Source: Flavobacteriaceae bacterium
GTDB taxonomy: Bacteria; Bacteroidota; Bacteroidia; Flavobacteriales; Flavobacteriaceae
Assembly (NCBI GenBank): GCA_052032225.1
Contig: JBPEWY010000083.1
Coordinates: 40,965 to 104,964 of the forward strand
Reading direction: 5' to 3'
DNA length: 64,000 bases
Shown piece by piece: positions 34,535 through 48,100 of the stretch. The notes below the pieces were generated by a model. That model worked only from the letters and a program-made list of their open reading frames with translations, was not told the origin of the DNA and did not search any database. Position numbers and translations under genes: made by a program. How positions within the stretch are numbered: the stretch's first letter is position 1; every line of letters starts with the position of its first letter.

Positions 34535-37500
34535 ATGTTCGCAAATCAGACTGAAAGACTAAATTTTGCTTCTGCTAAGAGTACTCCGGAATACCCGGAT
34601 TTCTTAGATATTCAGATCAAATCGTTTCAAGATTTCTTTCAGCTTGAAACTAAATCTGATGAGAGAAGGAAAGAGGGGTTATACAACACCTTCATGGAAA
34701 ACTTTCCAATTACAGACACTCGTAACCAGTTTGTATTAGAATTTTTAGATTATTTTATAGATCCGCCTCGTTATACAATTCAAGAATGTATAGAGAGAGG
34801 ACTAACTTACAGTGTTCCGTTAAAAGCGAGGTTAAAGTTGTATTGTACAGACCCAGAGCATGAAGATTTTGAGACCATCGTTCAAGATGTGTACTTGGGT
34901 ACAATACCATACATGACACCTTCTGGAACTTTTGTTATTAACGGTGCAGAGCGCGTAGTAGTATCGCAATTACACCGTTCTCCGGGAGTGTTCTTTGGTC
35001 AGTCTTTCCATGCCAATGGAACCAAGCTTTATTCTGCCAGAGTAATTCCTTTTAAAGGATCTTGGATAGAATTTGCTACCGATATCAATAACGTAATGTA
35101 TGCGTATATTGATAGAAAGAAAAAATTACCTGTAACAACCCTTTTCCGTGCTATTGGTTTTGAGCGCGACAAAGATATTTTAGAAATTTTCGACCTTTCA
35201 GAAGAGGTTAAAGTGTCTAAGGCAGGGCTTAAAAAAGTATTAGGAAGAAAACTAGCAGCCCGTGTTCTTAACACTTGGCATGAAGATTTTGTTGATGAAG
35301 ATACAGGAGAAGTAGTATCTATAGAGCGTAACGAGATTGTTCTAGACCGTGATACTATTTTAGAGAAAGAACACATAGATCAAATTTTAGATGCTGGCGT
35401 TAAAACCATTCTGTTGCACAAAGAAAACAACCAACAGTCTGATTACGCTATTATTTACAATACATTACAAAAAGACCCAACAAACTCAGAGAAAGAAGCG
35501 GTAGAACATATTTACCGTCAGTTGCGTAATGCAGAACCACCAGATGAGGAAACCGCAAGAGGAATTATAGACAAATTATTCTTCTCTGACCAACGTTATA
35601 ATCTTGGTGAAGTTGGGCGTTACAGAATGAACAAGAAGTTAGGCTTGGATATCGATATGGATAAACAAGTACTAACTAAAGAAGATATAATTACAATTGT
35701 AAAATACTTAATAGAGTTAATTAACTCTAAAGCAGAAATAGACGATATAGATCACCTGTCTAACCGTCGTGTACGTACTGTAGGTGAGCAATTATCACAG
35801 CAATTTGGTGTTGGTTTAGCGCGTATGGCTCGTACCATTAGAGAACGAATGAACGTTCGTGATAACGAGGTGTTTACGCCAATAGACCTTATTAATGCCA
35901 AAACGTTATCGTCTGTAATTAACTCGTTCTTTGGTACTAACCAGTTATCTCAGTTTATGGATCAAACAAACCCATTAGCTGAGATCACCCATAAAAGACG
36001 TTTATCTGCCTTAGGTCCTGGAGGTCTTTCAAGAGAAAGAGCCGGTTTTGAGGTACGTGACGTTCACTATACTCACTACGGTCGTTTATGTCCGATAGAA
36101 ACCCCAGAAGGACCAAACATTGGTCTAATTTCATCATTAGCAGTATTTGCTAAGGTGAACAACATGGGATTCATAGAAACTCCGTATAGAAAAGTAGAAA
36201 ACGGTAAAGTAGACCTAAAAGATATGGTTTACTTAAGTGCCGAAGAAGAAGAAGATAAACTCATAGCGCAAGCAAACATTCCGTTAAAAGAAGACGGTTC
36301 TATTGATACAGATAAGGTAATTGCCAGAGATGAAGGAGACTTCCCGGTTGTAGAACCAGATAAGGTACACTACACAGATGTAGCTCCAAACCAAATAGCA
36401 TCTATCTCTGCATCATTAATTCCATTCTTAGAGCACGATGATGCAAACCGTGCATTAATGGGATCAAACATGATGCGTCAGGCAGTTCCGTTATTACGTC
36501 CGGAATCTCCAATTGTAGGTACTGGCCTTGAGCGCCAAGTAGCATCAGACTCAAGAGTACTTATAAATGCAGAAGGAGACGGAGTTGTTGAGTATGTAGA
36601 TTCAGATATCATCACAATTAAGTACGACAGAACCGATGAAGAGCGTTTAGTAAGTTTTGATGATGATTCTAAAACCTACGAACTCGTAAAATTCCGTAAA
36701 ACTAACCAAGGAACTTGTATTAACTTAAAGCCAATTGTTAAAAAAGGCGATAGAGTTAAAAAAGGCCAGGTACTTTGTGAAGGTTACGCAACAGAGAAAG
36801 GTGAACTTGCTCTGGGTAGAAACCTTAAAGTAGCCTTCATGCCTTGGAAAGGGTACAACTTTGAGGACGCAATTGTAATATCAGAGAAAGTTGTTAGAGA
36901 AGACATCTTTACATCAATTCATATAGATGAGTATTCTTTAGAAGTTAGAGATACAAAATTAGGAGCAGAAGAGCTTACTAACGATATTCCTAACGTATCT
37001 GAAGAAGCAACCAAAGACCTCGATGAAAATGGTATGATTAGAATCGGGGCAGAGGTAAAGCCTGGAGATATTTTAATTGGTAAGATTACTCCAAAAGGAG
37101 AGTCAGACCCAACTCCTGAAGAAAAGTTATTACGTGCTATATTCGGAGATAAAGCAGGCGATGTAAAAGATGCTTCATTAAAAGCGCCACCATCATTAAA
37201 TGGTGTTGTAATAGATAAGAAATTATTCTCTAGATCTATTAAAGATAAGCGTAAGCGCTCTCAAGACAAAGAAGACATCAACAAGTTAGAGCTTGAGTAC
37301 GAAAGCAAATTCCAAGCATTAAAAGATAAGCTTGTTGAAAAACTCTTTGCCTTAGTTGGTGGTAAAACATCACAAGGTGTAATGAACGATTTAGGAGAAG
37401 AAGTATTACCAAAAGGTAAAAAGTACACCTTAAAAATGTTAAATGCAGTAGAAGACTTTGCACACTTAGTGAGCGGAAGTTGGACTACTGATGATACAAC

Positions 37501-38344
37501 CAATAAACTAGTTGCAGATTTATTACACAATTATAAAATAAAGCTTAACGATTTACAAGGTGCACTTAGAAGAGACAAGTTTACCATTTCTGTAGGAGAC
37601 GAGCTTCCTGCCGGAATTATGAAACTTGCAAAAGTGTATATAGCTAAAAAACGTAAGCTTAAAGTAGGAGATAAGATGGCTGGGCGTCACGGTAACAAAG
37701 GTATTGTTGCCAAAATAGTACGCGAAGAAGATATGCCATTCTTAGAAGATGGTACACCGGTAGATATTGTACTAAACCCACTTGGGGTACCTTCACGTAT
37801 GAACATTGGTCAGATTTACGAAACCGTACTTGGTTGGGCAGGATTAAAACTTGGTAAAAAGTTTGCAACTCCAATTTTCGACGGTGCTTCGTTAGAAGAA
37901 ATAAATAAACTGACTGATGAGGCTGGTATTCCAAGATTCGGTCATACGTATCTATACGATGGTGGAACCGGTGAACGCTTTGATCAACCAGCTACAGTAG
38001 GAGTTATCTACATGCTGAAACTTGGTCACATGGTAGATGATAAGATGCACGCACGTTCTATTGGACCATACTCATTAATTACGCAACAACCGCTTGGAGG
38101 TAAAGCTCAATTTGGTGGTCAGCGTTTCGGAGAAATGGAGGTATGGGCGTTAGAGGCTTACGGTGCATCGAGCACACTACGTGAGATTTTAACCGTAAAA
38201 TCTGATGATGTAATTGGAAGAGCCAAAACCTACGAGGCAATCGTTAAAGGAGAGGCTATGCCAGAACCTGGATTACCAGAATCGTTCAACGTATTAATGC
38301 ACGAACTTAAAGGTCTAGGTTTAGACATCAGATTAGAAGAATAA
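34535..38344 (+). CDS. rpoB: DNA-directed RNA polymerase subunit beta
   Basis: About 1270 aa with all conserved beta regions (for example [22 protein letters not shown]). ATG 34535 is preferred over the adjacent TTG at 34532. Confidence 0.99.
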   Translation: MFANQTERLNFASAKSTPEYPDFLDIQIKSFQDFFQLETKSDERRKEGLYNTFMENFPITDTRNQFVLEFLDYFIDPPRYTIQECIERGLTYSVPLKARLKLYCTDPEHEDFETIVQDVYLGTIPYMTPSGTFVINGAERVVVSQLHRSPGVFFGQSFHANGTKLYSARVIPFKGSWIEFATDINNVMYAYIDRKKKLPVTTLFRAIGFERDKDILEIFDLSEEVKVSKAGLKKVLGRKLAARVLNTWHEDFVDEDTGEVVSIERNEIVLDRDTILEKEHIDQILDAGVKTILLHKENNQQSDYAIIYNTLQKDPTNSEKEAVEHIYRQLRNAEPPDEETARGIIDKLFFSDQRYNLGEVGRYRMNKKLGLDIDMDKQVLTKEDIITIVKYLIELINSKAEIDDIDHLSNRRVRTVGEQLSQQFGVGLARMARTIRERMNVRDNEVFTPIDLINAKTLSSVINSFFGTNQLSQFMDQTNPLAEITHKRRLSALGPGGLSRERAGFEVRDVHYTHYGRLCPIETPEGPNIGLISSLAVFAKVNNMGFIETPYRKVENGKVDLKDMVYLSAEEEEDKLIAQANIPLKEDGSIDTDKVIARDEGDFPVVEPDKVHYTDVAPNQIASISASLIPFLEHDDANRALMGSNMMRQAVPLLRPESPIVGTGLERQVASDSRVLINAEGDGVVEYVDSDIITIKYDRTDEERLVSFDDDSKTYELVKFRKTNQGTCINLKPIVKKGDRVKKGQVLCEGYATEKGELALGRNLKVAFMPWKGYNFEDAIVISEKVVREDIFTSIHIDEYSLEVRDTKLGAEELTNDIPNVSEEATKDLDENGMIRIGAEVKPGDILIGKITPKGESDPTPEEKLLRAIFGDKAGDVKDASLKAPPSLNGVVIDKKLFSRSIKDKRKRSQDKEDINKLELEYESKFQALKDKLVEKLFALVGGKTSQGVMNDLGEEVLPKGKKYTLKMLNAVEDFAHLVSGSWTTDDTTNKLVADLLHNYKIKLNDLQGALRRDKFTISVGDELPAGIMKLAKVYIAKKRKLKVGDKMAGRHGNKGIVAKIVREEDMPFLEDGTPVDIVLNPLGVPSRMNIGQIYETVLGWAGLKLGKKFATPIFDGASLEEINKLTDEAGIPRFGHTYLYDGGTGERFDQPATVGVIYMLKLGHMVDDKMHARSIGPYSLITQQPLGGKAQFGGQRFGEMEVWALEAYGASSTLREILTVKSDDVIGRAKTYEAIVKGEAMPEPGLPESFNVLMHELKGLGLDIRLEE

Positions 38345-38348
38345 ACAA

Positions 38349-38370
38349 GTAGCAGGCTTAGGCCTGCTAC
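38349..38370 (+). other. Perfect 9-bp GC-rich intercistronic hairpin between rpoB and rpoC
   Basis: GTAGCAGGC-TTAG-GCCTGCTAC with no U-run after it. Confidence 0.5.
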
Positions 38371-38410
38371 TGTAACAATTTTTACTTAATTCATTATCAC
38401 CATACTAATT

Positions 38411-41400
38411 ATGGCAAGAACAAAAGATAAGAATACAGTTCAGAGGTTTAACAAAATCTCTATAGGTTTAGCTTCACCCGAGGCAATTTTAGCCGAGTCT
38501 CGAGGCGAAGTTTTAAAGCCTGAAACTATTAACTATCGTACACACAAACCGGAGCGAGACGGATTGTTTTGTGAGCGTATTTTTGGTCCGGTAAAAGATT
38601 ACGAGTGTGCTTGTGGTAAGTATAAAAGAATTCGATATAAAGGTATTGTTTGTGACCGTTGTGGTGTAGAAGTTACCGAGAAAAAAGTGCGTAGAGACCG
38701 TGTAGGGCATATAAACCTTGTGGTTCCTGTAGCGCACATTTGGTACTTCCGTTCACTACCAAATAAAATTGGATACTTACTCGGATTACCATCTAAAAAG
38801 CTCGATATGATTATCTATTACGAGCGTTATGTGGTTATCCAACCGGGTATTGCTAAAGGTCCGGATGGCGAAGAGCTAAATAAAATGGATTTCTTAACAG
38901 AAGAAGAGTACTTAAACATTTTAGATAGCCTTCCGCCAGAAAACCAATACCTAGAAGACTCTGATCCTAATAAGTTTATCGCTAAAATGGGAGCAGAGTG
39001 TTTAATTGAGTTATTATCAAGATTAGATTTAGATGCACTTTCTTATGAGCTTAGACACAAAGCTCATAACGAAACCTCTAAACAGCGTAAAACAGAAGCC
39101 CTTAAGCGTTTACAGGTAGTAGAATCGTTTAGAGAAGCACGCCAAAATAGAGAGAACAAACCGGAGTGGATGATTATGAAGGTAATTCCGGTAATTCCGC
39201 CAGAATTACGTCCGCTTGTTCCTTTAGATGGAGGTCGTTTTGCTACTTCAGATTTAAACGATTTATACAGACGTGTAATTATACGTAATAACCGTCTAAA
39301 ACGATTAATGGAAATTAAAGCCCCTGAAGTAATTTTACGTAACGAGAAACGTATGCTTCAGGAAGCTGTAGATTCTTTATTTGATAACACCCGTAAATCA
39401 TCGGCTGTTAAAACAGAATCTAACAGACCATTAAAATCGCTTTCAGACTCACTTAAAGGAAAACAAGGTCGTTTCCGTCAAAACTTATTAGGTAAACGTG
39501 TAGATTACTCAGCACGTTCTGTAATTGTTGTTGGACCGGAGCTTAAATTATATGAGTGTGGTTTACCAAAGGATATGGCGGCAGAGCTTTACAAGCCTTT
39601 TGTTATTAGAAAACTAATAGAAAGAGGTATTGTAAAGACTGTAAAATCGGCTAAGAAAATTATAGACCGTAAAGAGCCTGTTGTTTGGGATATTTTAGAT
39701 AACGTAATTAAAGGTCATCCGGTACTACTTAACCGTGCCCCCACATTACACCGTTTAGGTATTCAGGCATTCCAGCCTAAACTTATAGAAGGTAAAGCAA
39801 TACAGTTACACCCACTTGTGTGTACTGCATTTAATGCCGACTTTGACGGTGACCAAATGGCGGTGCATTTACCACTCGGGCATGAAGCTATTTTAGAGGC
39901 ACAGCTTTTAATGTTGGCGTCTCATAATATACTTAACCCGGCCAACGGATCACCAATTACGGTACCTTCTCAAGACATGGTTCTTGGGTTATACTATATG
40001 ACTAAACCAAGAAAATCTACTCCAGAATATCCAATTCAAGGAGAAGGATTAACTTTTTATGGTTTAGAAGAGGTTACTATGGCGTACAATGAAAAGAAAG
40101 TTCACTTGAACGCTCAAATTAAAGTACGCACAAAAGATCTAGATGAAAACGGTAACCTAGTAACTAAAATAATAGATACTACAGTTGGTAGAGTATTATT
40201 TAATGAGTTTGTGCCAGAAGAGGCCGGATTCATAAACGAAGTATTGACTAAAAAATCACTTCGTGATATTATCGGTAAAATTTTAAAAGCTACCGATGTA
40301 CCTACCACTGCAGAGTTCTTAGATAAAATTAAAGACCTTGGTTATAAGTTTGCTTTCCAAGGAGGATTATCGTTTAGCTTAGGAGATATTATTATTCCTG
40401 AAGAGAAAAACGACATGATAGATGATGCTAACAAACAGGTAGATGCTATCATGATGAACTATAACATGGGTCTTATAACCAATAATGAGCGTTATAACCA
40501 GGTAATTGACGTCTGGACTTCTACTAATGCAATGCTTACAGAACTTGCAATGAAGCGTATTAGAGAAGACCAACAAGGATTTAACTCTGTGTACATGATG
40601 TTAGATTCTGGAGCGAGAGGTTCTAAAGAGCAGATACGTCAGTTAACCGGTATGCGTGGATTAATGGCGAAACCTAAAAAATCTACTGTTGGAGGAGGAG
40701 AGATTATAGAAAACCCAATTCTATCTAACTTTAAAGAGGGTCTATCTATTTTAGAATACTTTATCTCTACTCACGGTGCGCGTAAAGGTCTTGCCGATAC
40801 AGCACTTAAAACAGCAGATGCAGGTTACCTAACTCGTAGATTAGTTGATGTATCGCAAGATGTTATTGTTAATATAGACGATTGTGGTACGTTAAGAGGC
40901 GTAGAGGTAGAAGCACTTAAGAAAAACGAAGAAGTAGTAGAAACTCTTGGAGAAAGAATTCTTGGTCGTGTATCATTAAATGATATCTACAACCCGCTTA
41001 CAGAAGAAGTTATTGTTAAGTCGGGCGAAGAAATCATGGAGCACCATATCAAGAAAATCGAGGAGTCTCCGTTAGAGAAAATAGAGGTTCGCTCACCATT
41101 AACGTGCGAAGCAAGAAAAGGAATTTGTGCTAAGTGTTACGGTAGAAACTTAGCTACCGGAAAAATGGTACAGATAGGTGAAGCTGTAGGTGTAGTTGCT
41201 GCACAATCTATTGGAGAGCCTGGTACTCAGTTAACACTACGTACGTTCCACGTAGGTGGTATTGCTGGTAACATCTCTGAAGAAAATAAACTAGAAGCAA
41301 GATTTGACGGTGTGTTAGAAATAGAAGATCTACGCACTGTTAAAGGAGAAAATGCCGATGGTAAACCGGTAGATATTGTTATCTCGAGAACATCAGAGGT

Positions 41401-42709
41401 TAAAGTTGTAGATAAAAAATCAGGTATGGTATTAAGTACTAATAACATACCTTACGGATCGCATATTTTTGTTAAAGAAGGCGATACAGTTTCTAAAGGA
41501 GACTTAATATGCCAGTGGGATCCATACAACGGTGTAATTGTATCTGAGTTCTCAGGTAAGATTGCCTACGAGAATATAGAGCAAGGTGTAACTTATCAAG
41601 TAGAAATCGATGAACAAACCGGTTTCCAAGAGAAAGTTATTACCGAGTCTAGAAATAAAAAACTAATACCAACCTTACTAATTCAAGACGCTAAAGGAAA
41701 CACCCTACGTTCGTACAACTTACCGGTTGGTGCGCACCTAATGGTTGATAATGGTGAGAAAATTAAAGAAGGTAAAGTATTAGTTAAGATTCCTCGTAAA
41801 TCGGCAAAAGCCGGAGATATTACCGGAGGTTTACCACGTGTAACCGAGTTGTTTGAAGCTCGTAACCCTTCTAACCCTGCAGTAGTTTCAGAGATAGATG
41901 GTGTAGTTTCATTCGGTAAAATTAAGCGTGGTAACAGAGAGGTTATTATAGAATCTAAAACCGGAGAGATTAAAAAGTATTTGGTAAAACTATCTAACCA
42001 GATATTAGTTCAGGAAAACGACTATGTTCGTGCCGGAATGCCATTATCTGACGGAGCAGTTACACCAAATGATATTTTACGTATTAAAGGTCCATCTGCT
42101 GTACAGCAGTACTTAGTTAACGAGATTCAAGAAGTGTACCGTTTACAAGGTGTAAAAATTAACGATAAACACTTTGAGGTTGTAGTTAGACAAATGATGC
42201 GTAAGGTACAAATCGAAGATCCGGGAGATACTAATTTCTTAGAAGGACAGCTAGTACATACTTACGATTTTATTGAAGAAAACGATGAGATTTTTGGAAT
42301 GAAGGTAGTAGAAGATGCCGGAGATTCTGAAAACTTAAAACCTGGTCAGATTGTAAGTCCAAGACAATTACGTGACGAAAACTCTATTTTACGTCGTGCA
42401 GATAAGAACTTGGTAACTGCCAGAGAAGCTGTGCCTGCAACGGCTACGCCAATATTGCAAGGTATTACAAGAGCATCGCTTCAAACAAAATCGTTTATCT
42501 CTGCAGCATCCTTCCAAGAAACAACCAAGGTATTAAACGAAGCTGCTGTAAGTGGTAAAGTAGATACCTTAGAAGGATTAAAAGAGAATGTAATTGTAGG
42601 ACACAAAATTCCTGCAGGTACCGGTATGAGAGAGTACGAGAATATAATCGTAGGATCTAAAGCCGAGTACGACGAAATTGTGGCAAGTAAAGAAGAGGTT
42701 AACTTTTAA
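38411..42709 (+). CDS. rpoC: DNA-directed RNA polymerase subunit beta'
   Basis: 1432 aa, with a Zn-binding CxCGKY..C..CGVEV and the catalytic [12 protein letters not shown]. Confidence 0.99.
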   Translation: MARTKDKNTVQRFNKISIGLASPEAILAESRGEVLKPETINYRTHKPERDGLFCERIFGPVKDYECACGKYKRIRYKGIVCDRCGVEVTEKKVRRDRVGHINLVVPVAHIWYFRSLPNKIGYLLGLPSKKLDMIIYYERYVVIQPGIAKGPDGEELNKMDFLTEEEYLNILDSLPPENQYLEDSDPNKFIAKMGAECLIELLSRLDLDALSYELRHKAHNETSKQRKTEALKRLQVVESFREARQNRENKPEWMIMKVIPVIPPELRPLVPLDGGRFATSDLNDLYRRVIIRNNRLKRLMEIKAPEVILRNEKRMLQEAVDSLFDNTRKSSAVKTESNRPLKSLSDSLKGKQGRFRQNLLGKRVDYSARSVIVVGPELKLYECGLPKDMAAELYKPFVIRKLIERGIVKTVKSAKKIIDRKEPVVWDILDNVIKGHPVLLNRAPTLHRLGIQAFQPKLIEGKAIQLHPLVCTAFNADFDGDQMAVHLPLGHEAILEAQLLMLASHNILNPANGSPITVPSQDMVLGLYYMTKPRKSTPEYPIQGEGLTFYGLEEVTMAYNEKKVHLNAQIKVRTKDLDENGNLVTKIIDTTVGRVLFNEFVPEEAGFINEVLTKKSLRDIIGKILKATDVPTTAEFLDKIKDLGYKFAFQGGLSFSLGDIIIPEEKNDMIDDANKQVDAIMMNYNMGLITNNERYNQVIDVWTSTNAMLTELAMKRIREDQQGFNSVYMMLDSGARGSKEQIRQLTGMRGLMAKPKKSTVGGGEIIENPILSNFKEGLSILEYFISTHGARKGLADTALKTADAGYLTRRLVDVSQDVIVNIDDCGTLRGVEVEALKKNEEVVETLGERILGRVSLNDIYNPLTEEVIVKSGEEIMEHHIKKIEESPLEKIEVRSPLTCEARKGICAKCYGRNLATGKMVQIGEAVGVVAAQSIGEPGTQLTLRTFHVGGIAGNISEENKLEARFDGVLEIEDLRTVKGENADGKPVDIVISRTSEVKVVDKKSGMVLSTNNIPYGSHIFVKEGDTVSKGDLICQWDPYNGVIVSEFSGKIAYENIEQGVTYQVEIDEQTGFQEKVITESRNKKLIPTLLIQDAKGNTLRSYNLPVGAHLMVDNGEKIKEGKVLVKIPRKSAKAGDITGGLPRVTELFEARNPSNPAVVSEIDGVVSFGKIKRGNREVIIESKTGEIKKYLVKLSNQILVQENDYVRAGMPLSDGAVTPNDILRIKGPSAVQQYLVNEIQEVYRLQGVKINDKHFEVVVRQMMRKVQIEDPGDTNFLEGQLVHTYDFIEENDEIFGMKVVEDAGDSENLKPGQIVSPRQLRDENSILRRADKNLVTAREAVPATATPILQGITRASLQTKSFISAASFQETTKVLNEAAVSGKVDTLEGLKENVIVGHKIPAGTGMREYENIIVGSKAEYDEIVASKEEVNF

Positions 42710-42717
42710 AAGTAATT

Positions 42718-43032
42718 ATGAGTAACCAAGACAAACCAAAACAAGCTCAAATTAATATAGAGTTAGATGAAAAAGTAGCCGATGGTACTTATTCTAACCT
42801 GGCTATTATAAATCATTCTGTATCAGAGTTTGTTATAGACTTTATAAATATTATGCCGGGCGTTCCAAAGTCTAAGGTAAAGAGTAGAATTATTTTAACT
42901 CCTCAACATGCTAAAAGACTTTTAAAAGCCTTGAATGATAATGTAAAGCGGTTTGAACAGTCTCATGGTGAAATTAAAGATTATGAACAACCTCCTATAC
43001 CACTAAATTTTGGTCCTACAGGAGAAGCATAA
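42718..43032 (+). CDS. DUF3467-family protein
   Basis: 104 aa. YSNLAIINHSVSEFVIDFINIMPG...RIILTPQHAKRLLKAL pattern, and a conserved position just after rpoC in Bacteroidota. Confidence 0.7.
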   Translation: MSNQDKPKQAQINIELDEKVADGTYSNLAIINHSVSEFVIDFINIMPGVPKSKVKSRIILTPQHAKRLLKALNDNVKRFEQSHGEIKDYEQPPIPLNFGPTGEA

Positions 43033-43036
43033 AATT

Positions 43037-43065
43037 AAAGCCTCGCAATTTGCGAGGCTTTTTTA
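43037..43065 (+). terminator. Intrinsic terminator ending the rpoBC transcription unit
   Basis: GCCTCGCA-loop-TGCGAGGC stem followed by TTTTTT. Confidence 0.8.
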
Positions 43066-43244
43066 TTTTAATATAAATTATGGTTATAAACACTTATATA
43101 GCTATAATTTATAAACATCTAAAAAATCATAATATTTTCTAATTCTACTTGGCTTTATTTTAGGCTCGTAGAGCGTGTTTTGTTGCTTCTTTTGAGTCTT
43201 AGTGCTTATAAAAAATAAAAAACTTTTTAAGCGTATTTATTTAA

Positions 43245-44834
43245 TTATTTGAATTCTGATACAAAATGAAGCTTAACACTTGGGTATTTTTGTTTAGTCA
43301 TTTCTATAGAAAAAGAGGAATCTGCTAAAAATACTAATTGTCCCTGTTTGTCTCGAGCTAAATACTTTTGTTTAACACGTTTAAATTCTTTAAACTCCTC
43401 ACTTTTAGGGTCTTCAGGATCTACCCAACAAGCTTTGTAAACCGGAAAATTTTCATAGCTGCATTTTGCTCCATACTCGTGCTCTAATCTGTACTGTATT
43501 ACTTCATATTGTAATGCTCCAACAGTACCAATTACTTTTCTGCCGTTTAGTTCTAATGTAAATAATTGTGCTACCCCTTCATCCATTAATTGATCTATTC
43601 CTTTAGCTAATTGCTTAGCTTTCATGGGATCACTGTTATTTATATATCTAAAATGCTCTGGCGAGAAACTCGGAATTCCTTTAAAATGTAGTACCTCTCC
43701 TTCGGTTAAAGTATCACCAATTTTAAAATTTCCTGTATCATGTAGTCCTACAATGTCGCCCGCATAAGAAATATCTACAACTTGTTTTTTTTCGGCAAAA
43801 AAAGCATTTGGGCTGGAGAATTTCATTTTTTTATTGTGTCTAACATGTAGGTAAGGGGTATTGCGTTTAAAAGTGCCCGAAACTATTTTAACAAAAGCCA
43901 AACGGTCTCTATGCTTGGGGTCCATATTAGCATGAATTTTAAAGACAAAACCGGTAAATTGGTCTTCTTCTGGCCTTACTAAGCGTTCTTCGGCTTTTTT
44001 AGGTAGTGGTGAAGGTGCAATTTCAATAAAGCAATCTAACAGTTCTCGAACACCAAAATTATTTAAAGCACTACCAAAAAATACGGGCTGAAGCTTTCCT
44101 TCTTGGTATTCTTTAGCATTAAATTCCGGGTAAACTTCGTAAACTAATTCTAAGTTGTCTCTAAGCTCAGCTGCAGCTTTTTCTCCTATAATTTCACTTA
44201 ACGTAGGATCATTTATATCGTTAAAAGCAATGGTTTCTTCTATATTTTTTTTACTATCTCCACTAAATAAGTTTATGTTTTTCTCCCATATATTATAAAT
44301 TCCTTTAAACTCGTATCCCATTCCAATTGGGAAACTTAACGGAGTTACTTTAAGACCAAGTTTTTGCTCTACTTCATCCAGCAAATCAAATGCATCTTTC
44401 CCTTCTCGGTCTAATTTATTTATAAAAACAATCATGGGTATGTTTCGCATTCTACAAACCTGAACAAGCTTTTCGGTTTGTTCTTCAACCCCCTTTGCAA
44501 CATCTATAACAACAATTACACTATCTACAGCAGTAAGAGTTCTATAGGTGTCTTCAGCAAAATCTTTATGTCCCGGCGTATCTAAAATGTTTATTTTCTT
44601 GTCTTTATAGGTAAAGGCTAAAACTGAGGTTGCTACAGAAATTCCTCTTTGGCGCTCAATTTCCATAAAATCACTAGTTGCACCTTTAGTTATTTTATTG
44701 CTTTTTACAGCGCCTGCTTCTTGAATAGCTCCACCAAAAAGTAATAGCTTTTCTGTTAAAGTAGTTTTACCTGCATCTGGGTGAGAAATAATACCAAAAG
44801 TTCTCCTTTTACTAATTTCTTTTATAAGACTCAT
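43245..44834 (-). CDS. prfC: Peptide chain release factor 3
   Basis: RRTFGIISHPDAGKTTLTEKLLLFGGAIQ, DTPGHKDF, NKLDR, 529 aa. Confidence 0.96.
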   Translation of the reverse strand: MSLIKEISKRRTFGIISHPDAGKTTLTEKLLLFGGAIQEAGAVKSNKITKGATSDFMEIERQRGISVATSVLAFTYKDKKINILDTPGHKDFAEDTYRTLTAVDSVIVVIDVAKGVEEQTEKLVQVCRMRNIPMIVFINKLDREGKDAFDLLDEVEQKLGLKVTPLSFPIGMGYEFKGIYNIWEKNINLFSGDSKKNIEETIAFNDINDPTLSEIIGEKAAAELRDNLELVYEVYPEFNAKEYQEGKLQPVFFGSALNNFGVRELLDCFIEIAPSPLPKKAEERLVRPEEDQFTGFVFKIHANMDPKHRDRLAFVKIVSGTFKRNTPYLHVRHNKKMKFSSPNAFFAEKKQVVDISYAGDIVGLHDTGNFKIGDTLTEGEVLHFKGIPSFSPEHFRYINNSDPMKAKQLAKGIDQLMDEGVAQLFTLELNGRKVIGTVGALQYEVIQYRLEHEYGAKCSYENFPVYKACWVDPEDPKSEEFKEFKRVKQKYLARDKQGQLVFLADSSFSIEMTKQKYPSVKLHFVSEFK

Positions 44835-44851
44835 GAAGCATAATTTGGTGG

Positions 44852-44859
44852 CAAAAATA
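44852..44859 (-). promoter_or_regulatory. -7 promoter box TATTTTTG upstream of prfC
   Basis: Matches TAnnTTTG on the minus strand, 17 nt upstream of the prfC ATG. Confidence 0.3.
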
Positions 44860-45101
44860 TCAATTTAATCCATACAAATTGGCAAATTATTGATAAGTAA
44901 AGGACTACAATATTTTTAGTCGATAAAAAGTGCTTGTTGTCGAAATTATAAAAAAACACAACGATTATTCTTAACATAATCAAACAATTAGGGTTAGTTT
45001 AGCAGCATATAATTAATTACTATGCCCCACGGTTTTGTTGATTTAATAGGTTTTGTTAAGGGGTTATTGTATTAAGTATTAAAAGTTTAACCTCTAAGTT
45101 T

Positions 45102-48100
45102 ATGAAATTTATTACTACCTCAATTAATTTCCCATTACATGAAGCAGCCAAACAAATTACAGTAACGTTTATACTGTTTTTTTTAGGGCTAATATTGGTA
45201 AATGCTCAATCTACTCCTACGTTTGGTAGTAGTCAAGGTCCAATACCTTTATCGGGTATAGATGGGCAACAAGGTGCACGTTATTTATACGAAAATGTTG
45301 TTATTAATGTAAATGGTACCAGCAATAATGCCGATGCGGTTGTTAAGATTAATGAGCTTAACAATATGACTATTGTTGATGTTGACAGGGAATTAGGAGA
45401 TGATAATAGGTTTGAGCCATTAACTGATGTTACTGTTGATGGAGGTTATGTAGAGTGGGAGATTGTTTTTGTAGAGTCCGGTACGGCTAATGCCTCTACA
45501 GATGGCGTGCCAATACCGTTAGATTCTTATGTTTTAGAAGCTATAGATGTTGATGGGAATGAGTTTTTTGAGGCTATTGTGCCTGAAAGTTATACGTTAG
45601 AAGCTGGAGTATCACCAACTCCCGGTGGCTGTCCGCAAAGTGAAACTGCTACAAATAATGCTATTGGCTGTCCAACAGATTTAGTAGTTTCTACAAATGG
45701 TAATTATATAAGATTTCAAAGTGATTCAGATTATTCTTCTGGTATAAATGAAGACAGAACTGAATTTGTAGTTAGGTTAAATTATACAAATGTTAGTAGA
45801 ATAATTTTTAGAAATGGCCAATCAATAGATAGTGGTCAACGTCAAAATTCTGTTAGCTTCTTAGGAGAGGTTAATTTTGTTAATGAAAACACCGTAATAA
45901 CAAACAACCCGCCAACGGTTGTAGATAATTTAGGGAATACAGTTTTAGAAAATTCTACTTCTAACCCACCAATAAATGTACTAACCGGAGCATCAGACCC
46001 TGAAGGTAATTTAGATCCTTCAACCGTATTGCTAATAGATCCTTCAAATTCTTCTAATGTTGGTTCCGTTGGGAATCCGTTAGTTATAACAGGAGTAGGT
46101 ACATACACGGTAGATAATTCTGGGAATGTAACATTTACTCCGGCTACCGATTATTTTGGCGATGCAAGTATTAATTTTAGAGTAGAAGACGATTTAGGTG
46201 CTACCTCTAATACAGCAACTTTAGGAATAACCGTTTTAGAGTGTGATGCGCCAGGACTAATTGTAAATGAAATGTCTAATGGTCCATCCGGTGCACAAGA
46301 GTGGGTAGAACTTTTAGTTATAGGAAATGCAACAAATCCAACAGCACCCGTAGATTTAACAGGTTGGATTATAGATGATAATAATGGAGATTTTGGCACC
46401 TCTGCTACAGGTGTTTCAGATGGTCATATAATATTTGGTTCGGCTTTTAATAGTGTAACACCGGGGTCTTTAATTTTAATTTATAATCAAAACGATAGAG
46501 ATCCTAATATACCTGCAGACGACCCAACCGATAGTAATGGCGACGGGGTTTATATTTTGCCTGCAGACCATGCTTCTTTAAACGGTTGTAGTGATTTACC
46601 TTCTACAACAGATCCAAGTTATTCGCCTTGTACTTCAGAAACTCCAAGGTGGTCTAGAGTAGGTTTATCTAATAGCGGTGATGCAATTCAAGTGCGACGT
46701 CCAGATGGTAGTTTTTACCATGGTTTTTCATATGGTAATGTAGATACTAACTTTCCTAACTTTCCATGTGGCGGACCGTCATTTAATTTAGGAGCAGGAG
46801 GAGTTGGTTGTACATTTTCGTTCCAGTGTGGTGATTGGCAAAGCGCATCTAATTTTGTTCGTTCAGATGCAACAGGAAGAACACCCGGGCAAGTAAATTC
46901 AACAGAAAATCAAGTTTTTATAAACTATGTTACTTCTGGTACTATAGACTACAATAATAAATCAAGCGCGTCTAATTGTAACAATGCGCCAATAGCCGTT
47001 AATGATGTATTTACGGTTACACAAAATACTGTAATGAACGAGAATGTTCTTGCAGCTAACCCAACTACAGCAGATAGCGATCCAGATGGTGATACTATTA
47101 CAGTAACAACTTTTACTATTAATGGTGATGCAACTGTTTATTCTGCAGGAGATACAGCTACAATTACTGGTGTTGGAACTGTTCAAATTAACACTAACGG
47201 AGATATAACATTCACGCCAGATGCAGCATTTACTGGGGCTGTACCACAAATAACTTACGAAATCACAGATGGTTCTCTAACCGATACAGCAACTGTAGAT
47301 ATAACTGTTCAGGTAGATACAGATGGCGATGGTGATCCAGATGTAACAGATCCTGATGATGATAATGATGGAAATCCTGATGGTACAGATCCGCATCCTT
47401 TAGAGCCTACAGCTAAAAATGATGCTCTAACAGTCGGTGAAGGTCAATCAGATTCTGTAGATGTACTTGCTAATGATGATTTTTTACCTGGTAGTGATAC
47501 TTCTTTAACAAATTTAGGAACAGGTACTGCTTCTGGAACAGTTGTATTTAATAATTTAACAGGAGAATTAACCTATACACCTGCAGCAGGTGAAGAAGGC
47601 ACAACAGTTTCTGTAGATTACCAGGTTTGTAATACAGCAGTTGCTCCACAAGTTTGTGATACAGCAACGGTATGGATTACTGTTATTCCGGATACAGATG
47701 GTGATGGAGTGCCTGATGATTCAGATCTTGATGATGATAACGATGGTATCACCGATGCAGATGAAGGCTTATGTACCACTACTAGTACACTTGACTGGGA
47801 TACTGCATCATGGACAGGAGATCCGGAAGCCGATCCAACACCGGGGAATCCTAATGTAGCCTCAACAACAATAGACGGCACTACTGTAACAGTTACTAGT
47901 AGTGTATCAGCAGGAATATCTAATAATTTTATTGCACGATATTTTACAATAAACGGTACTCCTGGTCTACAAATTATAGGAAGAATTGAGGAGCTAGATA
48001 ATGGAGAACAAATAACCTATCAACTTTCATTCTCTCAAGCTGTACACGATTTAAGCTTTAAAATTGTAGATATAGATGAGAGTACAGATATTGCAGATTA

